DNA of 64,000 nucleotides from Candidatus Aenigmatarchaeota archaeon (GCA_038998335.1 JAVZHQ010000001.1:192001-256000); one strand, 5' to 3'; counted from the stretch's first letter, positions 48,793 to 58,523 are shown. Program-made: numbers and translations. Notes: a model not told the origin generated them from the sequence alone.

Positions 48793-49473
48793 ATGAGAAT
48801 AGTAATCGGTTTGGGAGGTTCGCTTTTAACAAAAGAGCTTACTTACGAGAATTTCAAGAAGTATGCAGAGGTTTTGATTAAACTTAAGGAAAAAGGTCAT
48901 AGGCTAATAGTTATTTGTGGCGGAGGAAAAACTTGTAGAGAGTATCAAAAAATAGCAAAAGAGTTTAACGCTACATCAACTTTTGTTGACAGGATTGGAA
49001 TCATAGCAACAAGGCTTAACGCTTTAACTTTAATCTCAGCTTTGGGTGAACAAGCTTATAAAGATGTTGTTAAAAGTGTGGAAGAGTTAGAAAATTTACC
49101 AGAAGATAAAATAATAGTAGGAGCAGGAATATTCCCAGGCCATTCCACAGATTTTGATTCTGCAATATTTGCTGAAGCGGTAAGGGCTGATATTTTAATA
49201 AAAGCAACCAATGTAGATGGAGTTTACACTTCTGACCCAACTCAAGACCCTCAAGCTAGAAAACTGGAAAAAGTAAGTTATGAGGAATTTGAAAAGATTT
49301 TGCTAAAAAACAGGCAAGGACCAGGAGAATACAAGCTTTTTGATTTATCTGCTGCAAAGATAATAGCAAGGTCAAGAATAAGAACAATAATAGTTGATGG
49401 AAGCGATCCAGAAGAAATTTTAAGAGCAGTAGAAGGAAAACATAAAGGAAGTGAAGTTTTAAGTTTAGGCTAA
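48793..49473 (+). CDS. pyrH: UMP kinase
   Basis: 'LGGS', 'GGGKTCREY', 'PGHSTD', 'TNVDGVYTSDP'. Confidence 0.93.
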   Translation: MRIVIGLGGSLLTKELTYENFKKYAEVLIKLKEKGHRLIVICGGGKTCREYQKIAKEFNATSTFVDRIGIIATRLNALTLISALGEQAYKDVVKSVEELENLPEDKIIVGAGIFPGHSTDFDSAIFAEAVRADILIKATNVDGVYTSDPTQDPQARKLEKVSYEEFEKILLKNRQGPGEYKLFDLSAAKIIARSRIRTIIVDGSDPEEILRAVEGKHKGSEVLSLG

Positions 49474-49490
49474 AAATAAATTATTAGAAA

Positions 49491-49576
49491 GCCCTGGTAG
49501 CTCAGTTGGTTAGAGCGCATAGTTTAGCGTAAGCTTGGTAAGCATGAGGTCCCGGGTTCAAGTCCCGGCCAGGGCT
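49491..49576 (+). tRNA. tRNA-Thr(GGT) with 12-nt non-canonical intron (49521-49532)
   Basis: Removing AGTTTAGCGTAA restores the arm CATGC-TT-GGT-AA-GCATG and a 74-nt cloverleaf. Confidence 0.92.
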
Positions 49577-49688
49577 TTACGGCACAACCACAAATCCCTT
49601 ACCAATAAAAAGGGATATAACTAGTCAACAAAAGGGAAAGGCAAATTGCAGAAAAATTCTACGAGTAGTTTTGACGGTAATTATCATG

Positions 49689-51071
49689 CTAAATGCTTTT
49701 GCTTGTCCACAAAGCATGTGGTTTAAATTTTGTTTCTAAATTCGAAAATATTAAGTCAACTTCTTCTTTCCACTCATAAAACCCTTCAGGATTTTTTGGA
49801 TATTCTAAACAAATCTCCTGAAGTTTTCTCATGATTCTTGTAACATAGTTTAAATTTCTCATAAGGTCAAATCTCTTAATTCCTTTCAAAGTTCTGACAG
49901 CTTTTTCTAGTATGCTTAACCTAAGCTCAGTTTCTGTTGTTAGAGCTATTAAATCCTCTTCCCTTATTATTTCCTGATTTCTTATATAATCTATATCTTT
50001 TGAAGTAAGACTTTGAAGAAGAATCCTTAAAGCATCTAAAGGTAAATACTTGTAACCATAACTTTTTGTGTAAAGCTCAAAGTTGTAAAGCCATAAATTT
50101 TCTTTACTTGGATTATTATTTTCCAAGGCATTACATGCAACTTCTGAAGCAAGTTTTCCGCTTACTACTGCTTGTCCATTTCCACCTCCAGTAATGGGGT
50201 CAACTATGGAGCCTGCCTCTCCTGCTATTAAAAAACCGTTTCCAACAAGAGAGGTTAAAGGCCTTCTAGTTGAAACGTCCATACCTCCTGCCTGCTTTAC
50301 TCCATTTATTTCTAAAATTTTTGAGTCTTCAAACAATTCCATCTTGAGCAAAGTTTCATACAACCTCTTTTTTGGATTGGGATGGTTTGGTAGCTTTTGT
50401 ACCCCTAAGCCAACGTTTACAGTATTTTCATCATGAGGGAAAATCCAACCATAACCTCCAGGAAAATTCTCCGGGTTCAAGTATATTTCGCAATAATTTT
50501 TATTTTCCACTTTGTGTTTAATCTTTCTGATTTCTCTGTAAGCGCAATTAACATCCTTATCTTTAATCTCTTCTATTCCAAAATCGCTTGGAAGCTCGGA
50601 TCTAAATTTAGACCTAAGTCCACTTGCATCTATAACAATATCTCCATAGATTTTTCCTGATGAAAATACTTCCACACCTTTTACAAAATTTTTTTCTATA
50701 ATTGGTTTTTTAACAATAGTTTTATCGATCAATTTTGCTCCAGCATCTGTCGCAAAATCTAAAAGCAGTTGACCAAAAACGTATCTATTAAGCATACAAC
50801 CCTTATACTTTCCACCAGGAACTTTCCAGTAACCGAGAGATGGAGTATAAATAATTATTCCATCTATTTCATTAGTTTTCATTTCATCAAGAATGTTAAA
50901 TCCAGCTTCTTCAAAATGATGATAGCTTACCGCATTTCCACAAATTTTATCTCCAATTCTATTTTTTGGTTTTGCATCTATCAAACAAACATCAAAATTC
51001 CTTTTTGCAGCAGTAAGGGCAGCCATGCAGCCAGCAGAACCTGCTCCAACAACGATAATATCATACTTCAT
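49689..51071 (-). CDS. geranylgeranyl reductase (DGGR family)
   Basis: Start MKYDIIVVGAGSAG; 'KICG', 'PGGYGWIFP', 'NVGLG', 'GEAG...DPITGGG'. Confidence 0.88.
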   Translation of the reverse strand: MKYDIIVVGAGSAGCMAALTAAKRNFDVCLIDAKPKNRIGDKICGNAVSYHHFEEAGFNILDEMKTNEIDGIIIYTPSLGYWKVPGGKYKGCMLNRYVFGQLLLDFATDAGAKLIDKTIVKKPIIEKNFVKGVEVFSSGKIYGDIVIDASGLRSKFRSELPSDFGIEEIKDKDVNCAYREIRKIKHKVENKNYCEIYLNPENFPGGYGWIFPHDENTVNVGLGVQKLPNHPNPKKRLYETLLKMELFEDSKILEINGVKQAGGMDVSTRRPLTSLVGNGFLIAGEAGSIVDPITGGGNGQAVVSGKLASEVACNALENNNPSKENLWLYNFELYTKSYGYKYLPLDALRILLQSLTSKDIDYIRNQEIIREEDLIALTTETELRLSILEKAVRTLKGIKRFDLMRNLNYVTRIMRKLQEICLEYPKNPEGFYEWKEEVDLIFSNLETKFKPHALWTSKSI

Positions 51072-51147
51072 GTAAAATAATTGAATTGAAAAAATAAAAA
51101 GTTTAGTCAATTCTCCAAAACTCGTATCGGAAAATAATTTTAAAAAG

Positions 51148-51360
51148 TTGGGAGTACAATCTTTAAAAGTGGAAGATAAAAGATTTTCTTCACTCTTAGA
51201 AAAATATAAGGTAACTGACAAGAGGGAAACGAAGAGAATACTCGAAAGCATAGAAAAAGCCAAGAAAATAAGGCTTGAGAAGGGCTTATTTTACGAGGTT
51301 GATGATGGAATTCTTATAGGAGTAAACAAGGATGGAAAGCTTATTGTTTATACATTATAA
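51148..51360 (+). CDS. hypothetical protein
   Basis: 70-aa ORF; start uncertain. Confidence 0.5.
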   Translation: MGVQSLKVEDKRFSSLLEKYKVTDKRETKRILESIEKAKKIRLEKGLFYEVDDGILIGVNKDGKLIVYTL

Positions 51361-51401
51361 AAAGTTTAAATGGCTATTGCATCTTTATCGTGAAATACCC
51401 T

Positions 51402-51893
51402 TTATTTAGAATGGAGAGCTTTGGCGATTCTTTCAGGAAGTGTGTCAAGCTTTTCGTCGATTGCTTTCAAGTACTGAGCAAAAATGTCCAATTTTTCTGC
51501 GGCTTTGTCAAGTTTTTCGTTCAAGCTTGCAGCTGATGAGGAAATTGGCTTTAGTGCTTTATCAAGGGTTTCCTCTATTCTATCAAGGGCTTCTTCCCAC
51601 CCTACCAATTGCTCCAGTATTAAGAAATAAAAATATCTCTCTATGCTTAGAATTTTTTCATAGCAAGGTTCCTCTTTTATGCTTTTGACTTTTGCTTCTG
51701 GTGGGGATTCGGAAGTAACTTTCTTATAAAAAAGCTTGAGGTTATCTTCTCCATCACCAACGAGCACTTCAATTTTATCGTTGTTTATGTTTCTAGCATA
51801 AATTTTCTCGATTCCGCTTTCCATTGCTTTTTCTAATAAAAAGAGCCGGTAATCAGCATTTTGAACTTTTTCACCTTCAATTAAAATTTTCAC
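51402..51893 (-). CDS. acylphosphatase-like domain + coiled-coil tail
   Basis: 'IEGEKVQNADYR...ARN...IEVLV...PPEAKV'. Confidence 0.75.
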   Translation of the reverse strand: MKILIEGEKVQNADYRLFLLEKAMESGIEKIYARNINNDKIEVLVGDGEDNLKLFYKKVTSESPPEAKVKSIKEEPCYEKILSIERYFYFLILEQLVGWEEALDRIEETLDKALKPISSSAASLNEKLDKAAEKLDIFAQYLKAIDEKLDTLPERIAKALHSK

Positions 51894-52072
51894 CGAACCA
51901 CTTCTTCCTTCTTCATTGGATGAAGGTTACTTATTCTCTAAACTAAAATATTATCGTTTCAACGTAAATATTTAAAACTTTAGTTGTGCCTTGTTTTTCA
52001 GTAGTTAATTGAAAGTAGTTTACAATTGTTCTATTAACCGTAAAATAAGAACTTTTAGTTAGTACATTATAT

Positions 52073-52357
52073 TCAAGAGTTTTTAGCTTGTGTTAAATCG
52101 TAGATCTGAAGAAAAGAGTTTGGGTTGTCAAGAGCAAGAGCAATAACTTTGCCTAGCTCCGTAAGTTCATAGTAGATTCTGTTCTTTTCCTTGTAGGATT
52201 TTACCAGATTATCTTTTACCATCTTTGGCAATACGTACAGGCTTAGGTGCCTAGCCGAAACACGAATTTCATAAGATAGTTCAGTAGTGTAGAGTTTACC
52301 TTTTTTATTTAGCGCTAAAAGGACTTTTGCTACTGCACTGCTTCTTAGAGATTCCAT
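52073..52357 (-). CDS. winged-helix transcriptional regulator
   Basis: HTH followed by 'LVKSYKEKNRIYYELTELG'. Confidence 0.8.
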   Translation of the reverse strand: MESLRSSAVAKVLLALNKKGKLYTTELSYEIRVSARHLSLYVLPKMVKDNLVKSYKEKNRIYYELTELGKVIALALDNPNSFLQIYDLTQAKNS

Positions 52358-52399
52358 TTTATCACTTTTGTAAAGAGAGCTTTAACTATTTAAAACTTT

Positions 52400-52687
52400 C
52401 TATTTTCTTTTGCTTCTCTTTAATTTTCTTCTTACTAATCTTGGTTTCAAAACTTTGGTTTCAACCATTTTTTCAAGCAAGTTACTTATTTTGTTGAACG
52501 TGTCTGTTAAGTTAGAAATGCTTAATGAAAGGTCATGAAAATCTTCTGTCATAGTTTCCATAACAGTAGCCATATTTTCTATACTTGCTGTTAAATGAAC
52601 TATAGCTCTCATCGCTGAGCCTTCTTCGTCAAAAACGTTTTTTCCTGTACTATCAACGATTCTAAATTCTTTTATCTCCTCGTTCAT
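52400..52687 (-). CDS. hypothetical coiled-coil protein with basic tail
   Basis: Strong SD GGAGGTGA upstream. Confidence 0.7.
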   Translation of the reverse strand: MNEEIKEFRIVDSTGKNVFDEEGSAMRAIVHLTASIENMATVMETMTEDFHDLSLSISNLTDTFNKISNLLEKMVETKVLKPRLVRRKLKRSKRK

Positions 52688-52821
52688 GTTTCACCTCCCA
52701 TAATTAAATAAGTTTATTTAGTAAGAAAAAGTAATCTTAAACTTTTGTTGAGTCTTTAAAAAACTTTAAAGCAAACAAATGCTAAACCAATTTTATTTAG
52801 TTGTTTGACTTAAATAGTATT

Positions 52822-53028
52822 ATGAACTTTTGGCTAATAGTTGCGATAATTTTTATAATCTTTGCAATTATTCTTTGGTTTCTTCCTTTCGAGTGTGAAA
52901 CTACAGTAATTAGTCTTGAAAATTGCTATTGTAACTCAACACTATGCAAAAATATTTTTGGAAACAAGCTTTACGGAGAAGAATGCTCGCAATGCGAATT
53001 TATTTTTAATTCAACTAAAGCTTTTTGA
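52822..53028 (+). CDS. small membrane-anchored Cys-rich protein
   Basis: TM helix plus 6 Cys. Confidence 0.55.
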   Translation: MNFWLIVAIIFIIFAIILWFLPFECETTVISLENCYCNSTLCKNIFGNKLYGEECSQCEFIFNSTKAF

Positions 53029-53485
53029 TTTCTTCTATAGCTTCTTCCTTGAGCCTATCTAAAATCTCGCTTAAGTCTTTTGTAAATTCTACATACTCAA
53101 CATTTTTCTCAAGTTCAGACTTTATTTTTTCCTCATCTATATTTGATTCATCAAAACTTGGAGCAATACTTTTAAAGAGTTCAGTCTTAGTAAAAATTTT
53201 TATACTTTCTGGAATTATTTCTTCATGGATTAAATCTTCAATTTCATTCCTTTTTTCTACCAATACTTCATCACATTTCTTAATAAAAGTTGAAGCATAA
53301 GTTTCAAACTTCTTTCTTAGAATAGAAACATCTTTTTCTAAAATCTTCTTTCTTTCAAAAAAGTATAAAGCTAAAGCAAGTACAAACAAAGGAAAAATTC
53401 CAACAAAAAGCAAAACATACTCGTAAGGAAGAGACTTTAAAAGTGAATCAAAAGAAAATAAAATCCAATTTATCAAATTTTGCAA
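53015..53485 (-). CDS. hypothetical membrane-anchored protein
   Basis: One TM helix plus helical domain. Confidence 0.65.
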   Translation of the reverse strand: MQNLINWILFSFDSLLKSLPYEYVLLFVGIFPLFVLALALYFFERKKILEKDVSILRKKFETYASTFIKKCDEVLVEKRNEIEDLIHEEIIPESIKIFTKTELFKSIAPSFDESNIDEEKIKSELEKNVEYVEFTKDLSEILDRLKEEAIEEIKKL

Positions 53486-53502
53486 TTCTTGTATCGGATC
53501 CG

Positions 53503-56500
53503 TTATTCTCTCCTCCTCAAATCCTCCAAAATTCTTTTTTCAGTTCTTGCAACTATTTCTCTTACTTTCTTTATTGCATCGATATTAACTGAAATGCTTG
53601 AAATTCCACACTCAACTAAAAACTCAACCATCTCTGGAATATTGCTTGGGGCTTCGCCACAAATTGAACTTTCCACATTATACCTATTACAAGTTTTTAT
53701 TGTTTCTTTTATTAATCTTAATACTGCAGGGTGCATTTCCGAGTAAAGGTTTAATAACTTTGCGTTATTTCTATCTACGCCTAAGGTAAGCATGGTTAAA
53801 TCATTAGAGCCAATAGAAGCAAATGCTATTCCTTCTTTACAAAATTCTTCTATGGTTAAAGCACAAGAAGGAACTTCGACCATTATGCCAAGCTTACAGC
53901 TTTTTGGCAGTCTAACTTCCAAAGCAATTTCTTTTGCTTTCCTGAATTCCTCAACAGAAATTATAAAAGGAAGCATGATATGAACATTATCCAAACCTTC
54001 TTCATGTAAAGTTTTGATAGCTTCAAACTCTGCTTTGAGTATCTCAGGCTCATCTAAACTTCTTCTTATACCATGCCATCCAAGCATTGGGTTGTCTTCT
54101 TTTGGTTCTGTTTCACCCCCTTCTAGATGTCTTAGCTCATCTGTTCTAGCGTCTAAGGTTCTTACCCATACAGGCTTGGGATAAAATGCTTTTGCTATTG
54201 GTCTTATACCATCAAGAAGAATTTGAATGTACTCTTCTTTTCTCCCTTCCCTAACAAGTTTTGCAGGGTGTTTCCCTGACTTAAGTATCATATGCTCGAT
54301 TCTTAACAAGCCAACTCCATCAACTTTTTTTGCTATTTCTTCCACACCCTCTGGAAAAACAAGATTAACTTTTATTTGAGTAATGGTTGGCTTTATCTCT
54401 TCTTCCTCTTCTTCTGGAGCTACGATTTCTGGTGTCTCTACCTGAATTATTCCAGGATAAATCAAACCACGATAAGCATCGACAGTAACTTCTTGTCCAT
54501 CTTTTAAAACTTTTGTTGCAGCTAAGGTTCCTACTACACAAGGAATTCTCATTTCTCTTGAAACTATTGCCGCATGACAGTTTGAAACTAATAGAGGAGT
54601 GTATTTTTTGGTAAACACAACATAATTTTTATTAACTTCTTCTTCCGTATCAACTTCAAAGTTAAACACTTCTGTTTTAAATCTTTCACCAACTTCTTTA
54701 ACTCTTAACATACTTAGGCTTGAGTTAAGTATTCTTTCGATTTCTTCTTTTTCTCTTCCTTCAAGCAGAGGTAAAATTCTTTCTCTAATTTTATTTCTAT
54801 CGATTAAGAGGTTTTTATTCAAATAAGGCTTTATTTTTCCTTTCCAGTTTGCTTTATCTTCCAAACCTTCAAGAACTTGTTTAGCCGCAAAGAATTTGCT
54901 TCCCTTTTTCCTTTCGTCAAAATTTGCTTTAATTCTTTTACATTTTTCCAAAATTTCTTTCACTTTTTCTCCTATTTGAACGTTACATATTTCTCTATTT
55001 TTTGTTATTTTGGGGATAATTCCTAGCTTTAAACAAGTTATTACTATCCCCCTTAGTAGGTTTTTGTCCGAAACATAAATTTGAATTCTATTTTTAGAAA
55101 TTGTACCATCCCCATCGATAACTCCTGCAAGAAAAGCTAAAGAAGTAGCTTCATCTAAGAGCAAGCACCAAGAAGCTAAGTGTTGATAGATCTTTTCTAG
55201 AATCAAAGCAGGATAAAGTCTGTAAGAAATATAATCACTTACAGTTCCGGTAACCTCTTTTCCTCTTATTTGTGTGTGAGTTATTTTCTCTTTTTGGCTA
55301 AATTCGTAACCAAAAATTTCTTTGAAATAATCTCTAACTGCAGTAATAAACTCAATTTTTGACTCTTCCTCTTTTTGAGTAAATATCACACAACCTCTTC
55401 TTAAGCCTGTCTTACCCTTAAAAATTTTCCAGTAACCGTCAGAAAAAATGCTTCCTACTAAATATCCAAGTTTTTCGTTAGAAATCTTACATTCAGAATC
55501 AGGCAGGCCAAAAGGTACACAAATAGCTAGTTTTTTACTTAAAATTTCTTGAAGTTCTTTTTTAATTAATTCTCTTTTTTCATAAGTGAAAATTTTATGG
55601 TCTGGAGTTATTCTTATGGAATTATCTTTAATCTTTCCGGTTTGTGAAACAGAAACTTCTACAGTTTGGGCAATTCTTCTAAAGGCTCTTTTAATTCTTC
55701 TCCAAATAGGTTGATTTCTTAAGCAGTCAAAAGAAAGAATGTAAACCTTTTCCTTATTCATAACTTTTTCATAGAGTTCTTCTGCAGTAACGAAACCTTT
55801 TGGCGTTAGAAGAAGAGTATCTCCTGCTATGCAGGTTTGTCCTCCGGAATCAGTTATTATAGCTGAACACTTGCTCATAGTAGGAACCAAATCAGGAGAA
55901 GTCATTGTCGTAACTAAAATATCTCCCTTTTCAACTTTATCTATATCCTTTAGGTCTAAAACAATTTTAACAACCCCTGAAGCTATCCCAGGCGAAACCC
56001 CCAAACCCTTAAGAATAGGTTCACCAACAACTTGTATTTCTTCTACTTTTCCTATGGTTGTTATCGCTCTTGTTTGAACTATATATATTCTGTTTCTCTC
56101 TATGGCAAACTCAATGTCCTGAGGTTTACCGTAATGGTTTTCAAGTATTACTCCGTAATGAGCAAGTTTTGCTATTTCTTCTTCCGTTAAAATTTGTTTT
56201 CCTTTTTTATCTCTTGGAACAGGAATCTCTTCTGTTTTATCAGTAGCTAAATCTCTTACTCGCATAATTTCTTTTAAACCAATTTTTTTCTCGAGAAGTT
56301 TGCCATCTTTTGAAACTATATAAATATCAGGAGTAACTCTACCAGAAACAAGGGTTTCGCCTAAACCCCAACAAGCTTCTATAACTATTTTATCTTCCCC
56401 AGTTGCAGGGTTAACCGTGAACATTACTCCAGCCTTTTCACTATTAACCATTTTTTGAATAACAACAGCAATGCTAGCATGCCTAAACCCTTGTTTTGCT

Positions 56501-57033
56501 CTGTAAAAAATGGCTCTAGGCTCATACAAGCTTGCAAAACATTCCTTAACAGCTTGCAAAAGCTCTTTATGTCCTTTAACGTTTAAGAAAGAAGCTTGTT
56601 GGCCAGCAAAACTTGCTGTTGGCAAATCTTCAGCAGTAGCAGAACTCCTAACTGCAACCAAAGCTAAGTCTCTCCCAGATTTTATTATTTCTAGTTCTTT
56701 TCCAACTTCGCTATAAGAAAGAGTTTCGTAAGCTTCTATAATTTCATTTTTAATAGTTGCAGGATACTCTTGTGAAAGAATAAGCTCTTTTATTTTTTGG
56801 GAAGTCTCAAGAAGTTGAGTAGTATTGTCAACATCACACTCTTTTATCAAATTATCTATTAAATCTTTAATTTTGTTAATTTCTATAAATTTTTCAAAGG
56901 CATTCGTTGTTATTACAAACCCTGGAGGAACAGGAAGTCCAAGCCTTGTCATTTCTCCTAGGTTTGCACCTTTACCTCCTGCTATACTTAAGGAATCTCT
57001 TGAAAGCTCATCAAGCCATTTGATATATTCCAT
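53503..57033 (-). CDS. ppsA: phosphoenolpyruvate synthase, intein-containing
   Basis: 'GGKGANLGEM', 'VRSSATAED', 'T|CHAAIVSRE', 'DNPMLGWHGIR', 'SIGSNDLT'. Confidence 0.95.
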   Translation of the reverse strand: MEYIKWLDELSRDSLSIAGGKGANLGEMTRLGLPVPPGFVITTNAFEKFIEINKIKDLIDNLIKECDVDNTTQLLETSQKIKELILSQEYPATIKNEIIEAYETLSYSEVGKELEIIKSGRDLALVAVRSSATAEDLPTASFAGQQASFLNVKGHKELLQAVKECFASLYEPRAIFYRAKQGFRHASIAVVIQKMVNSEKAGVMFTVNPATGEDKIVIEACWGLGETLVSGRVTPDIYIVSKDGKLLEKKIGLKEIMRVRDLATDKTEEIPVPRDKKGKQILTEEEIAKLAHYGVILENHYGKPQDIEFAIERNRIYIVQTRAITTIGKVEEIQVVGEPILKGLGVSPGIASGVVKIVLDLKDIDKVEKGDILVTTMTSPDLVPTMSKCSAIITDSGGQTCIAGDTLLLTPKGFVTAEELYEKVMNKEKVYILSFDCLRNQPIWRRIKRAFRRIAQTVEVSVSQTGKIKDNSIRITPDHKIFTYEKRELIKKELQEILSKKLAICVPFGLPDSECKISNEKLGYLVGSIFSDGYWKIFKGKTGLRRGCVIFTQKEEESKIEFITAVRDYFKEIFGYEFSQKEKITHTQIRGKEVTGTVSDYISYRLYPALILEKIYQHLASWCLLLDEATSLAFLAGVIDGDGTISKNRIQIYVSDKNLLRGIVITCLKLGIIPKITKNREICNVQIGEKVKEILEKCKRIKANFDERKKGSKFFAAKQVLEGLEDKANWKGKIKPYLNKNLLIDRNKIRERILPLLEGREKEEIERILNSSLSMLRVKEVGERFKTEVFNFEVDTEEEVNKNYVVFTKKYTPLLVSNCHAAIVSREMRIPCVVGTLAATKVLKDGQEVTVDAYRGLIYPGIIQVETPEIVAPEEEEEEIKPTITQIKVNLVFPEGVEEIAKKVDGVGLLRIEHMILKSGKHPAKLVREGRKEEYIQILLDGIRPIAKAFYPKPVWVRTLDARTDELRHLEGGETEPKEDNPMLGWHGIRRSLDEPEILKAEFEAIKTLHEEGLDNVHIMLPFIISVEEFRKAKEIALEVRLPKSCKLGIMVEVPSCALTIEEFCKEGIAFASIGSNDLTMLTLGVDRNNAKLLNLYSEMHPAVLRLIKETIKTCNRYNVESSICGEAPSNIPEMVEFLVECGISSISVNIDAIKKVREIVARTEKRILEDLRRRE
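54580..55833 (-). mobile_element. intein (418 aa) with LAGLIDADG homing endonuclease
   Basis: Begins CIAGDT; block B 'ITPDHKI'; LAGLIDADG motifs 'LVGSIFSDG' and 'LAGVIDGDG'; ends 'VFNFEV...LLVSN' before +1 Cys. Confidence 0.95.
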
Positions 57034-57063
57034 AATAATTATTTCATTTTTATTAAAGATATC

Positions 57064-57576
57064 TTATTCCTCAATTTCAATCCTTATGGGAGTAGAAATT
57101 TTAAGGCCAGCTTTCTTTAAAGCTTGTTTCCCCACTTCTAAATTTTGCTTGTTTATTTGGAGCATCATAATCTTTTGACCTTCTTTAACTTGTATTGCAG
57201 TGCCAACAGGTTTTCCAAAAGCTAGTTTCATTCCTCTTGAATATCTATCAGCTCCTGCCCCAGTTGCTATAGGTTTTTCCCTCAAGACATGATGAGGATA
57301 TAATAAAATTTTGAAGAAATAGTTTGAACCAAGATTTTTTTCTAAGAACTTATGAGCAACTACTCTTGCTGCTTCCAAGGCATTATCTCTTATTTGTACA
57401 CTATTTTTTGCAACTAAGTATAAAGTGAGATCATAATCTCCTTTCATTCCCATTTCAAACTGATGAGTTTTTGGGTAAGGTACTCCAACCACATAACTTT
57501 TTCTTGGAACCTTTTTACTTATTCTAGTGTAAGGTCTTTCTATCTTTCTCATAGTTCTTCCAGGTCTTAAAGCCAT
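57064..57576 (-). CDS. rpl10e: 50S ribosomal protein L10e (uL16)
   Basis: 'MALRPGR', 'ALEAARV', 'GAGADR..GMKLAFGKP'. Confidence 0.96.
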   Translation of the reverse strand: MALRPGRTMRKIERPYTRISKKVPRKSYVVGVPYPKTHQFEMGMKGDYDLTLYLVAKNSVQIRDNALEAARVVAHKFLEKNLGSNYFFKILLYPHHVLREKPIATGAGADRYSRGMKLAFGKPVGTAIQVKEGQKIMMLQINKQNLEVGKQALKKAGLKISTPIRIEIEE

Positions 57577-57666
57577 AAAATCACTTTATTCAATTCTAAT
57601 TAACAAATATTTAAAGTTTTTAAAGAAAAAAGTATTTAATTTAAATAGCTGTTATATTAATAGAAA

Positions 57667-57674
57667 AGGAGGTG
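57667..57674 (+). promoter_or_regulatory. strong Shine-Dalgarno for the histone gene
   Basis: AGGAGGTG, 5 nt before GTG 57680. Confidence 0.8.
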
Positions 57675-57679
57675 TAAAG

Positions 57680-57844
57680 GTGGCATTAGTTGTTAAGTCT
57701 GCAGTTAAAGCTCAACTAAAAGGTTTCAGAGTAGGAGGAGACTTCTTCACAGCTCTAGACAAACAGATTGGAGAAATGCTCAAAACTGCTATGGCAAGAG
57801 CTAAAGCTAACGGAAGAAAAACGTTGAGAGCATGTGATTTGTAA
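57680..57844 (+). CDS. short histone-fold protein (54 aa), absent from the ORF track
   Basis: MALVVKSAVKAQLKGFRVGGDFFTALDKQIGEMLKTAMARAKANGRKTLRACDL; RV and RKT....DL histone motifs. Confidence 0.9.
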   Translation: MALVVKSAVKAQLKGFRVGGDFFTALDKQIGEMLKTAMARAKANGRKTLRACDL

Positions 57845-57913
57845 GCTAGAAATTTTTTGAACTTTTTTGTTTTTTCTTTTAAATTTTTATAAATGAATAG
57901 GTAAAATAATTTA

Positions 57914-58489
57914 ATGGAAAAAGTAGTAGGGATAACAGGAACTATCGCTTCTGGAAAAGATACAGTTAAAAAAATTTTACAAAGTAAATTTAATTGTTAT
58001 ACAGTTTCTCTTTCTTCTATCATTAAAGCAGAACTTGAAAAGAAGAAGAATAAAAATTTTAGCAGAAAAAACTTGCAAGATTTGGGTAATGAATTAAGAA
58101 AAAAATATGGCACACATATTTTAGCTATGCTCGCAGTTGAATACTTACAAAGAGATAAGGAACTTATAATAATAGATGGAATAAGAAACCCAGGAGAAGT
58201 GGATTTCCTTAGGAAAAAGTTCGGTAATAAATTTGTTTTGATTGGTGTAGATGCCAACCCAAAAATAAGGTTCGAGAGAATAAAGAAAAGAGGTAATGAT
58301 TCTGACCCAAAAACTTGGGAAGAATTTTTGGAAATAGATAAAAGAGACCAAGGAGAAAATGAACCTGAGTATGGACAAAAAACTAAGGAATGCTTGGAAA
58401 AAGCTGATTTTCTTATAATTAACGATAGTACCTTAGAAGATTTAGAAAAAAAAGTAAATGAAATAGCAGAAAAGATAAAAAACTGGTAG
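57914..58489 (+). CDS. P-loop kinase (dephospho-CoA/NMP kinase-like)
   Basis: 'GTIASGKDT', 'IIDGIRNPGE', 'RFERIKKRG'. Confidence 0.8.
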   Translation: MEKVVGITGTIASGKDTVKKILQSKFNCYTVSLSSIIKAELEKKKNKNFSRKNLQDLGNELRKKYGTHILAMLAVEYLQRDKELIIIDGIRNPGEVDFLRKKFGNKFVLIGVDANPKIRFERIKKRGNDSDPKTWEEFLEIDKRDQGENEPEYGQKTKECLEKADFLIINDSTLEDLEKKVNEIAEKIKNW

Positions 58490-58523
58490 ATTTAAATAGA
58501 ATAACAGCTAATTACTTGTAATT

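Noticed and set aside
49594-49616. 7-bp hairpin ATCCCTT/AAGGGAT after tRNA-Thr
   Set aside because: Too short and AT-rich to call a terminator or ncRNA.
51072-51263. Long hydrophobic N-terminal extension of the geranylgeranyl reductase ORF
   Set aside because: It is the antisense of the 51148 ORF; the Rossmann fold starts at ATG 51071.
52012-52030. AAAGTAGTTT...TTGTT resembling the inner arm of the 29-bp repeat
   Set aside because: Only 10 AT-rich nt match and the palindromic core is absent; compatible with chance.
53480-57178. Short antisense or alternate-frame ORFs inside ppsA (similarly in acnX, valS, purB, fdhF, rps8e, DUF1512)
   Set aside because: Shadow ORFs of well-supported genes, with Ser/Phe/Ile-rich antisense composition and no motifs.
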